Below are positions 13,642 to 26,374 of a stretch of DNA of 64,000 bases, piece by piece (positions within the stretch are counted from its first letter, which is position 1; each line of letters begins with the position of its first letter). This DNA comes from Sphaerodactylus townsendi (lineage: Eukaryota), in the NCBI RefSeq assembly GCF_021028975.2, contig NC_059427.1, positions 40,982,001 through 41,046,000 on the forward strand, written 5' to 3'. Made by a program: the position numbers and the translations under genes. The notes under the pieces were generated by a model. The model was not told where the DNA came from. It worked only from the letters and a program-made list of their open reading frames with translations, and searched no databases.

Positions 13642-14091
13642 CAGTGATGGTGAGAAATGTAATGGGCCCAGGGGCATCATCATTTAAGCCAGGTAACATG
13701 GTGGTGGCCTAGTTATATGCCTAAAGTGTCTCTCCCTCATAGGGGATCTGACAGAGAAGTGTCAGCACATGTGCAGGCAACATTCTTCTATTTGGAGGGG
13801 TTTAGGCCCCCTGCATTTTCCCCTGGTTTTTAAGTTTTTTATTCAAATCTAGCCCCTGCTCACGCAAGTTCATAGAAAAATCTTCTTTCTATGCCTTCAC
13901 TATTAGGTATAAGATATCTTGTGACCTTGTGCATATTGAGTTTGGCAAATGCTGAAGTGCTTTCCTTGTCTCCCAGTGTGATAAGCTTACTATTAACACC
14001 AAGAGCGAAATACCGGTAGACACAACAAATGAATTTCCATTGGTCAGTAGAATGTTTAAATCAGAGCAGTTCTTCTTGTATTCAGCATTAA

Positions 14092-14687
14092 GGGTGATTC
14101 CCCACTGCAGAGTCGACCTAGGTTTGACACGGTTCCTTTAACTGGTACTGACCTAGGGTCGACTCTTGTCACTCCCTACAGCAACTGAGTTCAACTGGAA
14201 CCAAGCTCAGAGGGCGGGATCATCTTTGGTACCTCTTTCGCTCCTCGTTCCCGATTGCCTCTTGTTTTACGGCAGGAAACATGAGCGTGCATCCTTTTTT
14301 TTTTTTAGTTTTTATACATCGCAGCTACATAGAATTGGTACCAAAATGTTGATACATAGATTTAATTACTAAGACCATGGTTGCATCATTGTAGCTTTGA
14401 AAAGAGCAGTTAAAATAAAAAAGGTGCGCTTTACCCACCGTGACTCTGTTCATGCCCAAAACACAGCTCTTGATTGGCTGAATGGGAGAGTCGCCACAGA
14501 CGATTCCCCACTGTCTAGCTTCCAACTGAGTTCGACCTAGGTTCAGGGGAAAAGCTGTACCTCAGAACTGGAATCAGACATTCCAGTTCTGAGGAGGGCA
14601 GAACTGAAACAAACCCAAGTCAAACTCAGCGGCAATGGAGAGTTGCTGGGACAAACCTAGGTCGACTCTGCCAGTGGGGAATCGCCC
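14092..14687. mobile_element. PIF/Harbinger MITE, 596 bp
   Basis: About 35-bp TIRs, ggg(t/c)gattccccactg(g)cagagtcgacctaggtttg. TAA TSD at 14089-14091 and 14688-14690. Internal echoes of gacctagg and gattccccactg. Confidence 0.92.
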
Positions 14688-15064
14688 TAATAAGAGAATT
14701 TCTGATATGATAATGTGTGTTCACTTTCTATTTAAAGGTTTCTAGAAATATAGATGGAGTAGCAGAGATCAAATTGGGACAGAAAATGGATTAATAGCTG
14801 GGTGGTCAGTATGCACTAGTGTTAAAATCATTGGGTTAGCATCTGATAGCTAACTACTGGGATGCTTTAGTAACAGAGACATAAAATTCAGCCATAATAA
14901 CACAAAGAGGGATCTTTATTGGAGGGTTTCTCTACTATTTGTGCCCCCTGCAAATAAAAAATAGGAGGAATCACAAATCATTACAGCTATGAATGGAACC
15001 TCCAGCTATCCAATGTGAATTCCAATAAACTGACCTTAAAGAACCATAGACCTTATTATGAATA

Positions 15065-15235
15065 CAGTATCTGAAGCCATATTATACTGCCAATCCACCT
15101 GTCTCAGTACTGCGATATGCAGTGGTATCCCAAACTCATAGACCAAGATCTTTCCAATCTAATGTCTTTAAAAAAATTAGCTAGAAATTTGTGGGATTAA
15201 ACCCAGGACCTTATGCATACAAAGCTCTGGCCTTT
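15065..15235 (-). mobile_element. Old tRNA-derived SINE (Squam2-like)
   Basis: gggattaaacccaggaccttatgcatacaaagc is the reverse complement of a tRNA-like B-box head. Confidence 0.5.
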
Positions 15236-15279
15236 CTATCCACTTTTTATAATTTGGAATGCGGAATTTGATTTTATAT

Positions 15280-15481
15280 TAGGGTTGCTGACCTCCAGGT
15301 AAAGCCGTAGAACTCCTGGTATTCCAGCTGATCTCCAAAACAACACAGTTCACCTGGAGAAAATGGCTCCTTTGGAGTATGGACAGTTGGATTCTCCCCT
15401 GCTGAGGTCCCTCCCCAGCTCCCCCGCCCCTCAGGTCCAAAAAAATCTCCAGGTTTTCCTAACCCAGAGTTGGCAGTCCTA
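15280..15481 (+). mobile_element. hAT MITE of the TAGGGTTGCC family
   Basis: Termini are tagggttgctg and tggcagtccta. Homologous to the copies at 4436 and 17247. Confidence 0.85.
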
Positions 15482-16816
15482 GGGCACCAAACTGTAGGTA
15501 AGTATTCCTCATATACTCGCTCCCCTCAAAATGTATATGCCCTATGTAAGAAAGTTATATAAAGTAGTTGCCATAAGGATTTGTGAAAACAACTAGACAA
15601 GTTGCACTCATAAAAACACATAAGTGGTATTTCAGGAATGAGAAGCCTAAGTCAGGCAAGTGCCCTTCTTATTTGTCAAAACTAAAAGGAAGGCTTGCCT
15701 CTTGTAAAATTCATAGATGTTTCTGACACATGTTGATAGCATATCTGGTACTGTCTAGCTGGGAAACCATAAATTGCCCTTCTGCCACACATCCATTCTA
15801 AGCATTGGCAGGCATCTTGTTGGAATAGGGTTTCAGTTGTTCAGCAGACTCGCCAAAAGCCATTTCCTATTGTATTTTAAGTGTCTGTTTACTCAGTTGT
15901 TACAAATTGCCTGTGGGACAGGAACTGCTTGTCACTTCTAGAGCAATTAGTATGTGAGGCCTTATCAGAAGAAATCCATCAAGATTGAACAGACACAAAT
16001 AGCTATAGGAATCTCTCAGGAATTCAAAATAAGTATTTTGCTGCATATTTAAATCCTGCCATTGTTACGGTTCGGTCTGTGTTCAGTCATTCTTTTAGTT
16101 AAACCTTTCTGAATTCAGTGTCACAAAACAGTTCAAAAATCCATAACTGTTGATACCCTGGTCCTATACACATTACACAAAAAGTTTTTTAATGGCTATG
16201 TTAATGTGAGAGTGCAGGGAGATAAAAATAGACAAAACTAAAAAGCATCCACCATATATTTTAGAAATGCCTGACCGTGAGGTTGCCTCCTTCCTTCTGT
16301 TTATCATTCATAAATGAATGTGGTTGTATGGCATGTCATTTAATAGATACAAAGGAGAACCATGCATAGTATTTACACGGGGGTGCTAATAATGTTGAAT
16401 TGGTGTGTTAATCTTGGCTCTTGTTTTTTAAAAGTTTTTTTTTAGCATAGAGTTTCTAAAAATGAGCCCTAATAGACCTCACTAATGCCCATTCCAATAC
16501 CTGTAACTTGAAAAAGTGAGACAAAGTGTTTGATTGAATAAGAAATGTCACACAACATTAATCCATGTGATAACTGCACTTACCAGCAAAGATGTACAAC
16601 TGATGCATCATGCATTAAGTCACCATTAAGGCCATCCAGAAAGGAACCACGATCGGAGGTGATAAAAGGCAATGATCCGTGGTGATTTACGGTGACACTT
16701 GGGAGTGATGAAAGTGGTCTGAGCATGTTCTACCTCTGAGTTCCTAGAGCTCTGTTTTCTTTGATGCCCATACCTTGTCTGATCACTTCAAAAGGCTGTC
16801 TTTCATATGTCTTGCA

Positions 16817-16964
16817 CAGGGGTAGGGAACCTGCGGCTCTCCAGATGTTCAGGAACTACAATTCCCATCAGCCCCTACCAGCATGGCCAATTGGCCATGC
16901 TGACAGAGGCTGATGGGAATTGTAGTTCCTGAACATCTGGAGAGTCGCAGGTTCCCTACCCCTG
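16817..16964. mobile_element. hAT (Charlie-like) near-perfect palindromic MITE, 148 bp
   Basis: The whole element folds back about tggccaattggcca. TIR caggggtagggaacctgc. Perfect TSD gtcttgca at 16809-16816 and 16965-16972. Confidence 0.96.
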
Positions 16965-17246
16965 GTCTTGCAGGATGGAATGGAGGCAGGATGATGGAGC
17001 AGTGCCCCATCAAGCTGCGCCCCTCCCCCCATCCTCTTGCCTGCCTCCTCACTGACCTTAGCAGGCAGCCCAGAGGTGGCAGGCTGTTGGCCAAGAAAAT
17101 CTTTGTCTTGCCTTTGTCTTACTCTGCACTACAAGCGAACATCCCTCCTTAAAGCAGCAGCAGATTTCTGTTAGTTACTGTAGTTACTTTGACTGGGAAC
17201 CATAATTCCAGCTGAAACCCTGATTAGTTGGTGGATCTGTAAGAAT

Positions 17247-17463
17247 TAGGGTTGCCAGCCTCCAGATGGTGGCTGGAGATCTTCTACTGTTACAACTGAT
17301 CTCCAAGCAATCAAGATCAACCCAGTGGAGAAAATATCCACTTTGGAAAGTGGATACTATGGCATTATATCCCACTGAAGTCCCTCCCTTCCCCAAACAT
17401 CACCCTCCTCAGTCTGCACCCTCAGAATCTCAAGGTATTTCCCAACCTGGAGTGGCAACCCTT
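17247..17463 (+). mobile_element. hAT MITE of the TAGGGTTGCC family
   Basis: TIRs are tagggttgcca and tggcaaccctt. Perfect TSD gtaagaat at 17239-17246 and 17464-17471. Confidence 0.92.
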
Positions 17464-17653
17464 GTAAGAATCCATTGTCTATGATTGTCAACCTTTCTTC
17501 TTTCCAGAGGAGGAGGGATGGAATGGGAAAAAAAAGATTATTTATGGATTTTCTGAGGCAGAGAGATTTCATGGCTAACAAAGTCCCAGTGAAATAGTGT
17601 ACAGACTCTTTAAAGGTTCTGTTTTTCCCATGTTCAGAATGAGGTCTGTATAA

Positions 17654-18085
17654 TACTGGTTTCCCCAATCTTCTTGAGCCTGTTGCCACCTTTGAACTTT
17701 GGACACAGAGTAGTGAGCGCAGACACAAAATTGGCTCCCACAAAATGGTTGCCCTAGTTTTACGTTCAGTTACACAGTGAAGGTCCGTGTACTGTATTGG
17801 CAGCTGGCAGCTGCTGCCAAACAGGGCCAGAGCAAGGGGGAACTGCCACGCCTTGGAATGCTCCTGCCACACCCCGGAATGCCCTCGCACCGCGCCCCCT
17901 TGGCTCTAAGCCGCTGCTGCTAAAATAATGTTTTTAAAAATCTTCAAAGCCGATCAACTCTCCAATGGTCAGTCAGAAGCAAAATCCCCACCTGGCCCTG
18001 CTACTTTCTAAAAACGTTTGGCGGGCACCAGGAAAGATGTCAGTGGATACCATGATGCTCATGGGCACCGTGTTGGGGACTTCTG
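17654..18085. mobile_element. Old hAT-Charlie-like element with a nested 95-bp hAT MITE at 17822-17916
   Basis: Outer ends are ggtttccccaa and ttggggacttctg. The inner element cagggccagagc...gctctaagccgctg has TSD ctgccaaa/ctgctaaa (7/8). Confidence 0.7.
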
Positions 18086-18469
18086 CTGTAGACCCTTGCC
18101 ATTCATAGATTCATGACTTGTGATTTCATGTATTCACTATCTATGACCTAGCATGGCTTGTTCTCATCTGCAGATTTGGTGAATTCACCCCCACATGGAA
18201 AAATAAACCCTGATCTCTCAGTCTACCAAGTGTGCATGTTACGCATAACTCAGCACTCAGGTTATTTTTTACAACAGCTATCCAATTTGCCCTTTCTGGC
18301 AGATAGAGTAATTTTCCCTTTCCAGCAGGTAAGATCTCTGCACACTGATCTCTTGGTGTGTTGTGTGGTTCTCTTCCCTGGGAAAACAAATGACTGTCCG
18401 GGTCTTGGGAACTCCCCAGTGATCTTCAAGGCACCTGGCATTTCTGAATTACAACAGGTCAAACATCAT

Positions 18470-18615
18470 TGGAGTCCAATTGTCAAAGGCTTTCAAGGCC
18501 AGAATCAACTGACTGTTGTCAGTTTTCTGGGCTACGTTGCCATGATCTGGTAGTTTTTGCTCCTAACATTTAGCTGGCATCTATGGCTGCAGTCTTCAGA
18601 GGGATTTCATGGGAA
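18470..18615 (-). mobile_element. Penelope-like element terminal fragment
   Basis: The minus strand reads cctctgaagactgcagccatagatgccagctaaatgttaggagcaaaaactaccagatc, homologous to 33917-34005. Confidence 0.65.
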
Positions 18616-18803
18616 CAAAACCAGAACTAGATGGCTCTACTACAGTTGATCCTGCCTCCACCAACCATTGACCTTGCATCCTTCTTCCCAACTTCCCCAA
18701 GAGGTATCAGCCATCTCCGACAGAATGGAATCTGTTGAACTGTGGCTATCCTATGCTACACATGGTTTGGCCTTATCAATGGCCCTTTCCTCAAAATCAT
18801 ATA

Positions 18804-19206
18804 GGCCATTTCTGCACGGCCCAAAAACAGCGCCCTAGGGACAGTAAAAAGAACGACTCTGAGGCGCGGTTCGCACAGCTGCTGCTGCTGCAGCACAGCA
18901 GTGCCGTACTCACCCCTCCCAAATGGGGGAAAACGCTGCTTTCAAAACTTGCTCAATGAGTGAGTTTTTTGTAAAGCAGCGTATTCCCGCCAGCACTGTG
19001 CAAAGTGCACCGGTGTGAGGGTACCACTTTTAGGCACTTCCGGTTTGTTGTGTGTACCTACCTTTTCTCCTGAGAAGCTCTGAATGGAGGAAGGAACACA
19101 CCCACATTGGGGGTCAGACCCATGGGATCGTGCGATTGGTCCCAAGACTCCACCGGCACAAATTATGCCAGTGGCCAGCTGCTTCTGCTGCTGTGCAGAA
19201 ACGACC
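18804..19206. mobile_element. Older Harbinger-like MITE with GGCC.TTTC.GCAC.G termini
   Basis: Ends are ggccatttctgcacgg and ctgtgcagaaacgacc, with flanks ata/atc. Internal hairpin acgctgcttt...aaagcagcgt. Termini are related to the 29660 element. Confidence 0.75.
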
Positions 19207-19899
19207 ATCGTTTACCTTTCATGCTGATACTGTGGGAAAGACCCATATTACTGGTGCATAGTCTCACAATCCACATTAATTTTTCTTTAGCATGGAATAG
19301 CACTTCTCTGAAGTGTCTCCCATCTTTCATGATATATTTGCAAGGGCAGCTGTGAACACGCTATTTTGAATTTGCTAAACAAGTTTATATTGTCAGGTTC
19401 TTCCATGTTTTTGTAAATGGAGGTGTACGGTCTGTGGAGAATAACAGAAAGCTAAAGGTTTCTCTCTGCATGCTAAAGAGAGAACGGCTTGTCTGATTTT
19501 ACAGAGAAACAAGTTAATTGTTTGGCAAGTGTAAATTAAAACACAAAAAATATGCTAATTACTTGCTGAAAATTTTAAGCCTGCTGAGAAGTGCTACCTT
19601 GTTTACTCTGAGTATCCTCTTGACATCAGCATGGGGTTACTCCTAATTAGATGCACATGTGTAAATACAATGATTAGATAGTCCCCCATAAACATAATTA
19701 TCATATCTTCCAAAAAAATGTCTGTGAAGATGGTCTTAACCCTGTGGGGGTTTTGTTATGATAAAAGCCCAACAATCTGCATGCCTTCATCCAACATGGG
19801 TAAACAGTAAAGTATTAGACTATAATGGTCCTAAGCAATCCCCAGTGACATGGTTAGTAGTCGCAGAGCAATATAAACAACAACAAATTGGGTAATGTG

Positions 19900-20432
19900 C
19901 AATCAGAACAAAGTCACTATGCCCAGACTACAAAAATAAGCAAAAGGTTGCTGACAAATGTGCAAATTTATTCTAACGCTGAGTAGAAACCAAATGCAAG
20001 GTTCAAAGTCCTATGTGAGAATCTGCTGCCAAAATGCTAGTCTCACACCGTCATTGTGCAAATAGCAAAACAAGAAGAAAACGTCCAGAAAATCCGAAAT
20101 GCATACAAGCTTCCCGGTGCCCACCCATTTTATGGAAATCTTGTCCACATTGTCAGCAACATAATTCAATTTTCCCCATAATATTCTGGGATCGCTATCA
20201 TAGTACATGCCATAAAGTGCTAGAACCTATCTGTTTGTTTGTTTGTTTTCTGAAAATATATATCCCACCCATCACCAAAGTCCTTGAATTCCTTCCAGTT
20301 GGGCTAATATGATAGGTGGTCATAGCACTAAGTGTTTCCTCTAAGTATTTGAATAAATTTGCACATTTGTTCTGCTAGCAACCTTTTGCTTATTTATGTA
20401 GCCTGGGCATAGTGACTTTTTTTTCTGGTTGT
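19900..20432. repeat. Long imperfect inverted repeat, probably an old foldback MITE
   Basis: aaagtcactatgcccagactacaaaaataagcaaaaggttgct...acaaatgtgcaaatttattc (19910-19973) is the reverse complement of 20351-20420. Confidence 0.85.
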
Positions 20433-22701
20433 TGCTTGGTTGCACAGCAATGCCAGTTTGTGGACTGAGCCCAGTTATTCCTAAACTGCATCACAACAGC
20501 AGAGGTCAATTATAATGACAACTCATTAGAGAGTATTAAAATAAGAATGTACTTTTTTTCAGTACAATTATCACCTCTTCCATAAAGTCACAACAGCTTG
20601 TTGATGTCTCATTTCTTGAGCATTTCCAGGGTGTGTGGGGTATTAGTCTTATATTAATGCAGTAAGTGAATAATAAATTAATCTAACCACTTTATTCTAG
20701 CATAACTCGTAAACTGTATCCCTCCTGTTTCCTCCTGGAAAGTTTCCAAGGACTTGCTATAAAACTGGGAATATTATCTAATTAGTTGTAATGAAGTTGA
20801 TAGCTGCTTAAATTAGTATACAGTTTGTGGGCATCTTTTCTTACCCTCATGGGCCTATCAACCCATATTTGTACAAGAAAACTGTTTGGCAGAAGGCGAA
20901 GAAGCCGTTGGGTCTGAATTTTGCAAGCCAGACAAGCAAAACAGTTGCCTGCAAAACTGTGTGTACTAACATGAATCTCCTTCCTGTTGTTCTTTTTTGA
21001 GGAAAGGGTGGAGAGGTTAGATGTTGAGTTTGGAAACTAGGATGGGTTGATTTCCTTAGCAGTTACGTTTGCATACATTTGGATTGCTATACTGCAGTCC
21101 AGAGATCCTGACTATCCCTTTGAAAGTTCTGAAACTGTGAGAGAAAATCCAGCCGTTTCTCTCCTGGTTCCTTGGCACATGTTTCTCCAGCATCTGCTGT
21201 AAGCAAACCTCAGTTGCAACCTTCAGTAGGGAAGAAGGAGAGTGTGCTAAGTCATATCTCAAACTGGAGCCTGTGGTTCTGGGGATTTGGGGAGGGTATT
21301 CCAGCTCAGTTCCTTTGCAAGAACACAGAGTGAGCTCCTCTTATGGCCACCTAAATAATATCAAAATGCAATGGGACAGGGACTCTCTGCCTTATGGGAA
21401 GAGCATGGAATTGGCTATTTCCACTTTCCTCACAGAGCTGCCTCCACCTGCATCTTCCTCATTACCTCAGAAAGTATGTTGATTGACTGCAGCAAGCCAA
21501 CACACCGGCCCCATGAACACTAATTAGACAAATGGTATCAAGGATGTTTAGTCTTAATGATGTGCATAATTTCTCATATAATTTCTCATTTCTCTTAGTC
21601 TTAATGAATTCATCTTTCCTCATAAGTAGAATTTGTTTTCTGTCTTTCAAAGCTGAGGATGTAGCAGAAAGCAAGAGAAAGGGATACTGTTTTTATAATG
21701 CATAGTGATTTTCGGTTAAATACAAGGTTATGTGTGATTCTCGTCTCGTTTCTGTTTCTGACATTTTTCCCACCACCAACTTTTCAGAAGTTATTAACCA
21801 GCAATTAATTTTATTGCTGTATATAGCTCAACGTCCCTTTCAATCAAGGAATGAGACTAGTTCAAACTTGAGTCTGGACCTCTTTTCAGTTGTGGCTTTA
21901 TAGAAGTAGCTACTCTCTGTCTCCCAATTTTATATAATGTATACATACCGTAAAATAAATTTCTTAAACTTTCTTGTTTTATTCTGTATGGTTTTGAGGA
22001 TGTCAGAGGTCAGACGTCTTCCCTGGTCTCCCCCTTATAAGGCAAGGACAGTCCAGGCCTACCCCTTGAACCCAGCTCTGACAACATATAGGGGAGAATT
22101 GGTAAAAAGTTTGGCACATGTAGCAAGGATTGGCAGGTTCCAACTCATTTAGTGCACGTTTGTCTTATTGTGGTGAAATAAATGCATACTTCGATTTTTA
22201 AAAAATTAGACCTTAAAATGTTCATTTTGCTCAGTATTATTACGAGTAAAAGTCCTGCCACTCTTCCATTTTTTACGTTATCATTTATAATTCTGCAGGA
22301 AGGAGGAATGAAATTGTCAGCATTTCAGGGTTAGTTGACATGACCTGGAAGATCATTTCGGTGTCTTATATTGTCTGTGTGTTTCAGCATCACTCACTAA
22401 TTTCCAGCTATCACCAAGTGCAAAACTGAGCCTTTGCATATCACTGCATACTAATAGTAAACATTTCTCAGAAGCGAGCAGATTTTTAAAATGGTGATGG
22501 ACGTTAATTCATTTTAGTTCAAGTGATGGTTACATACTGCAGATACACAGATTACACTGAGTTTAGACCTCTACAGAATATTATCTCTTTTAACATTGCA
22601 CCGATTTCCCTCCACTGTCTGGCCTATGGTTTCCATATACAGTAAGAAAAAAAAAAGCTTTGCGATAATAAAAATAAATAATATTTTCTTTTAATTTTCA
22701 G

Positions 22702-22905
22702 AACTGACGTATGCCTGGATTTTCAATGAATATCCATCATTTGTGCACCAGGATAACCGTCGTTTTGTTTCACAAGAAACTGGGAATTTGTACATTGCAA
22801 AAGTGGAGAAATCTGATGTGGGGAATTACACGTGCGTGGTAACAAACACTGTAACCAACAACAGAGTACAAGGACCTCCTACCCCTTTCATTCTGAGAAA
22901 TGACG
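22702..22905 (+). CDS. CNTN4: Contactin-4 internal exon, 204 nt, phase 1-1, second half of Ig2
   Basis: Splice sites are ttttcag| and G|gtagga. Translates (E)[67 protein letters not shown](G). QDNRR, KVEKSD and TNTVTN match CNTN4 better than CNTN3/5/6 as I recall them. Confidence 0.96.
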
Positions 22906-23187
22906 GTAGGATTTCTTGTTAAATTTTGAGTGGGTTTCTCATCCTTGTTGGGGGAAAAAATACATAATCGTAAAATTCAACAAACTTACCAGGGTTGTAT
23001 TTGTTCAATAACCCTGTCACTTGCTGCATTTAAGTAGCGTCATGGGCAGCCCCATCTAACAGGCTGGGAACCCGGTTGCACCGCTGCAGCCACACCACCC
23101 CAAGGAGGCTTCCTGGCAGTGTAAGGAGACTGCAAACACACACAAAAAAGCCACCAGGAAGCCCCTGTTGAGCTTCATGGACATACA

Positions 23188-23585
23188 CAGAGGTGGGATC
23201 CAGCAGGTTCTCACAGGTTCCTGAGAGTAGGTTACTAATTATTTGTGTGTGCCGAGAGGGGGTTACTAATTGGTGATTTTGCCATGTGATTTTTGCCTTA
23301 GTTACGCCCCTCCTCCGCTCCTCAGCAGTAGCGCGCAGAACTTGAAGCAGTCTAGCAGGAGGTGCATCGGCGTGCGTGGCAGCCTGCACCTGTGTTCATT
23401 CGTTTCCCGCCCAAGGACCGGCGCAGCAGCTGCGTCCTTGCCACAGCCCCACCCAGGAATGCCCCACCGCTGGAATGCCCAGCCATGCCCCCGTCGTGCC
23501 CCACCCATCCCCATTGGTGCTACGCCACAGTTTGAATCCCACCACCATGGGAACCTGTTACTAAAATTTTTTGATCCCACCACTG
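23188..23585. mobile_element. Young hAT non-autonomous element, 398 bp, inserted into an older MITE remnant
   Basis: TIRs are cagaggtgggatc and gatcccaccactg. Perfect TSD gacataca at 23180-23187 and 23586-23593. CpGs are retained. Confidence 0.95.
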
Positions 23586-24140
23586 GACATACACTATCTT
23601 TGCAGTGGTGTAAGTCCAAAGCCCCAGCCGCCAGCACGACAAGGCAGTGACCAGGAGGAAGTCGACTAATATGTTATAGACATGTACAGATGGAGTTCTG
23701 TATGAACAGTAGAGTGGCAATAGGAGATCTGAATTGTGTGCTGTGATTGTGGCATTCTCACTATGGACCTGAATTATTTTTTCCCTTGCATCATTGAGAA
23801 TTATAGAGTTTATTTCAATGAAAGCAACTTTGGGACGTATTTGACGAAACACTTGACATGATGCCTTTATGTGATGAGTGCTTATGGTAGTTACTGTAAA
23901 GTGTTCTACTAAGAACTGTTTCTCTGTGGAATTCTTGCTTTGTACTCAATCTAGAATATTTATAGGAGCCCAGTTGCCTTTCTAAAGTCATTCACACAAA
24001 TATACTTGAAACATATCCCAGTGTTTACTGTAGATATGGTGCAAAATAGTGTTGAGTGAAACATCAGCATTCGTGATCACAAGATAATCAGGTTTCCCTG
24101 GGGCTGAAGTGTTCAGTATAGCTGAAGATATACTAAAAGT

Positions 24141-25650
24141 TCATAGAATCATGGAATCATAGAGTTGGATAAGACCACAAGGGCCATCAAATCCAACCCC
24201 CTGCCATGCAGGAACAGATAATCCAAGCACCCCTGACAGATGGCCATCCAGCCTCTGTTTATACACCTCCAAAGAAGGAGACTCCACTGTCGAGGAAGTG
24301 TATTCCACTGTCAAACAGCCCTGTCAGGAAGTTCTTCCTAAAGTTTAGATGGAATCTATTTTCCTGCACCTTGAACCCATTATTCCTTGTTTTAGTTTGG
24401 AGCAGCAGAAAACAAGCTTGTTCCCTCTTTAACATGACATCTCTTCAAATATTTATACATAGCTACCATGTCATCCCTTAGCTCCTTAATCTCTCCCAGG
24501 GCATGGATTCCAGACCTTTTACCATTTTGGTCAATATACTTCTTGAATTGCGGTGCCCAGAACTGAACACAGTATTACAGGTGAGGTCTGACCAATGAAG
24601 AATAGAGAGGTACTATTACATCTCTTAATCTAGACACCGTACTCCTATTGATGCATCCCAGAATTGCATTGGCTTTCTTGGCTGCCACATCACACTGCTG
24701 ACTTTAGCTTGTGGTCTACTAAGACTCCCAGGTCCCTCTTTCATGTAGTGTTGTCAAGACCGGTGCAGTTATATATGTGCAGTTCATTTTTTTCTGCCTA
24801 AGTGGATTATCTTACATTTATCTCTGTTGAAGTTCATTTTGTTAATTTTGGCCCATCTCTCTAACTTATCCAGGTCATTTTGAATCCCGACTCTGTCCTC
24901 TGGAGTATTTAGCTACTCTGTCTAATTTGGTGTCATCTGCAAATTTGATTAGCATGCCCTATATTTCGTCAACCAAGTCATTGATAAAAATATTGAATAG
25001 CACTGAGCCTAGGACAGGACCCCACTAGTACTTCTCTTCAGGATGAAGATGAGCCATTGATGAGCACTCTTTGGGTTTGGTCAGTCAACCAATTGCAAAT
25101 CCATCTAACAGTAGCATTGTCCAAACCACATTTTACTAGATTACTTGCAAGAATGTCATGGAGCACCTTATCAAAGGCTCTACTAAAATCTAGGTATACC
25201 ACATCAACAGCATTCCCTTTGCCTACCAAGTGTCACTCTAAAAAAAAAAGAGATGAGATTAGTCTGGCATGATTTGGTTTTGATAAACCCATATTGACTT
25301 TTAGTGAAAACACTGTTCCCTTCTAAATTCTCACACACTGTCTGTCTAATCATCTGCTCCAGAATCTTCCCTGGTATTGATGTCAGGCTGATGGATGGTA
25401 ATTGTTTGGGTCCCCTTTTTTGGGAATGGGAATAACATTAGCCCTCTTCCAGTCCACTGGGACGTCTCCTGTTCTCCAGGAGTTCTGAAAGATTATAGCA
25501 AATGGTTCTGAGATTACTTCTGCCAGTTCTTTTTATACCCTGGGATGTAGTTCACCAGGGTCTGGAGATCTGAATTCATTTAAGGTACCCAGATATTCCT
25601 GTACCACTTCTTTATTTATTCTGTGCTGAATTTCCCCTACTTTATCTTCT
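24141..25650 (-). mobile_element. CR1 LINE, 5'-truncated and degenerate (RT region plus 3' end)
   Basis: 3' terminal (catagaat)n repeat at 24141. Minus-strand peptide VDVVYLDFSRAFDKVLHDIL...VRWICNWLTDQTQRVLING is CR1 reverse transcriptase. Contains frameshifts and deletions. Confidence 0.95.
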
Positions 25651-26374
25651 TGTTAAAAAAGTAAACAGCCTGAGAGCTCTGTTTAAATTTTTTTGTTTTC
25701 CAGCTCTCTATTTCTAATTACTCACACATTTAAATAGATTTCACTCTGACTGTTCACTCACTTAAAAATATTAAGAGGGTGTTTTGCAGGACTTGCTGTT
25801 TCAGGAAAACAATGATGAATTTTTTAAATGAATTAAATTCCAACTCTAAAGAACATATGTTGTTGCAGGCTGACAGATACATCTGGATTCCGGTTTTTTT
25901 TTAAATTGAGTTTGGCTTGTCCAGTGCACCTCAATATATATGACAAATTATTTTCATTAGAGAGTTTCATCATTAAATTAGCAGACTAAGAGGCAAATTC
26001 ATCAACGTTTAATGTCTCTGTTAGATTAATAAGTAGAGAAATTTCATAATGTTCCTTTCCTATAAAATGTAAAATATACTAAGCTGTGTAATTCATCATT
26101 TTTGCTGCTAATTGTGAAGTTTAGAACTAGTTTTCTCGCTTAATTAGGATAGGTACAGGAGGGTAGTTTTGTAATAAAAATGAATATTTACTGACAAATG
26201 TGAATTACTGGGGGAGGGATCATCTTTCCCACCTGCCTCCTCCTTCAGCGATACAAATGTCAGGGTGACATACATCAGTCTATATCACTCTTGCAGAGGA
26301 CAGATACCACCTTGTTGCAAAAAAGAATACACAACAGTAGAGGAGATGTCCTTAATACTAATAATTGTGTGTCA

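Noticed and set aside
1-22700. Search for the preceding CNTN4 exon (...RSTVSVRxGQGxVLLCGPPPHSG)
   Set aside because: Not found by eye, so it presumably lies upstream of the window. A TBLASTN search would confirm.
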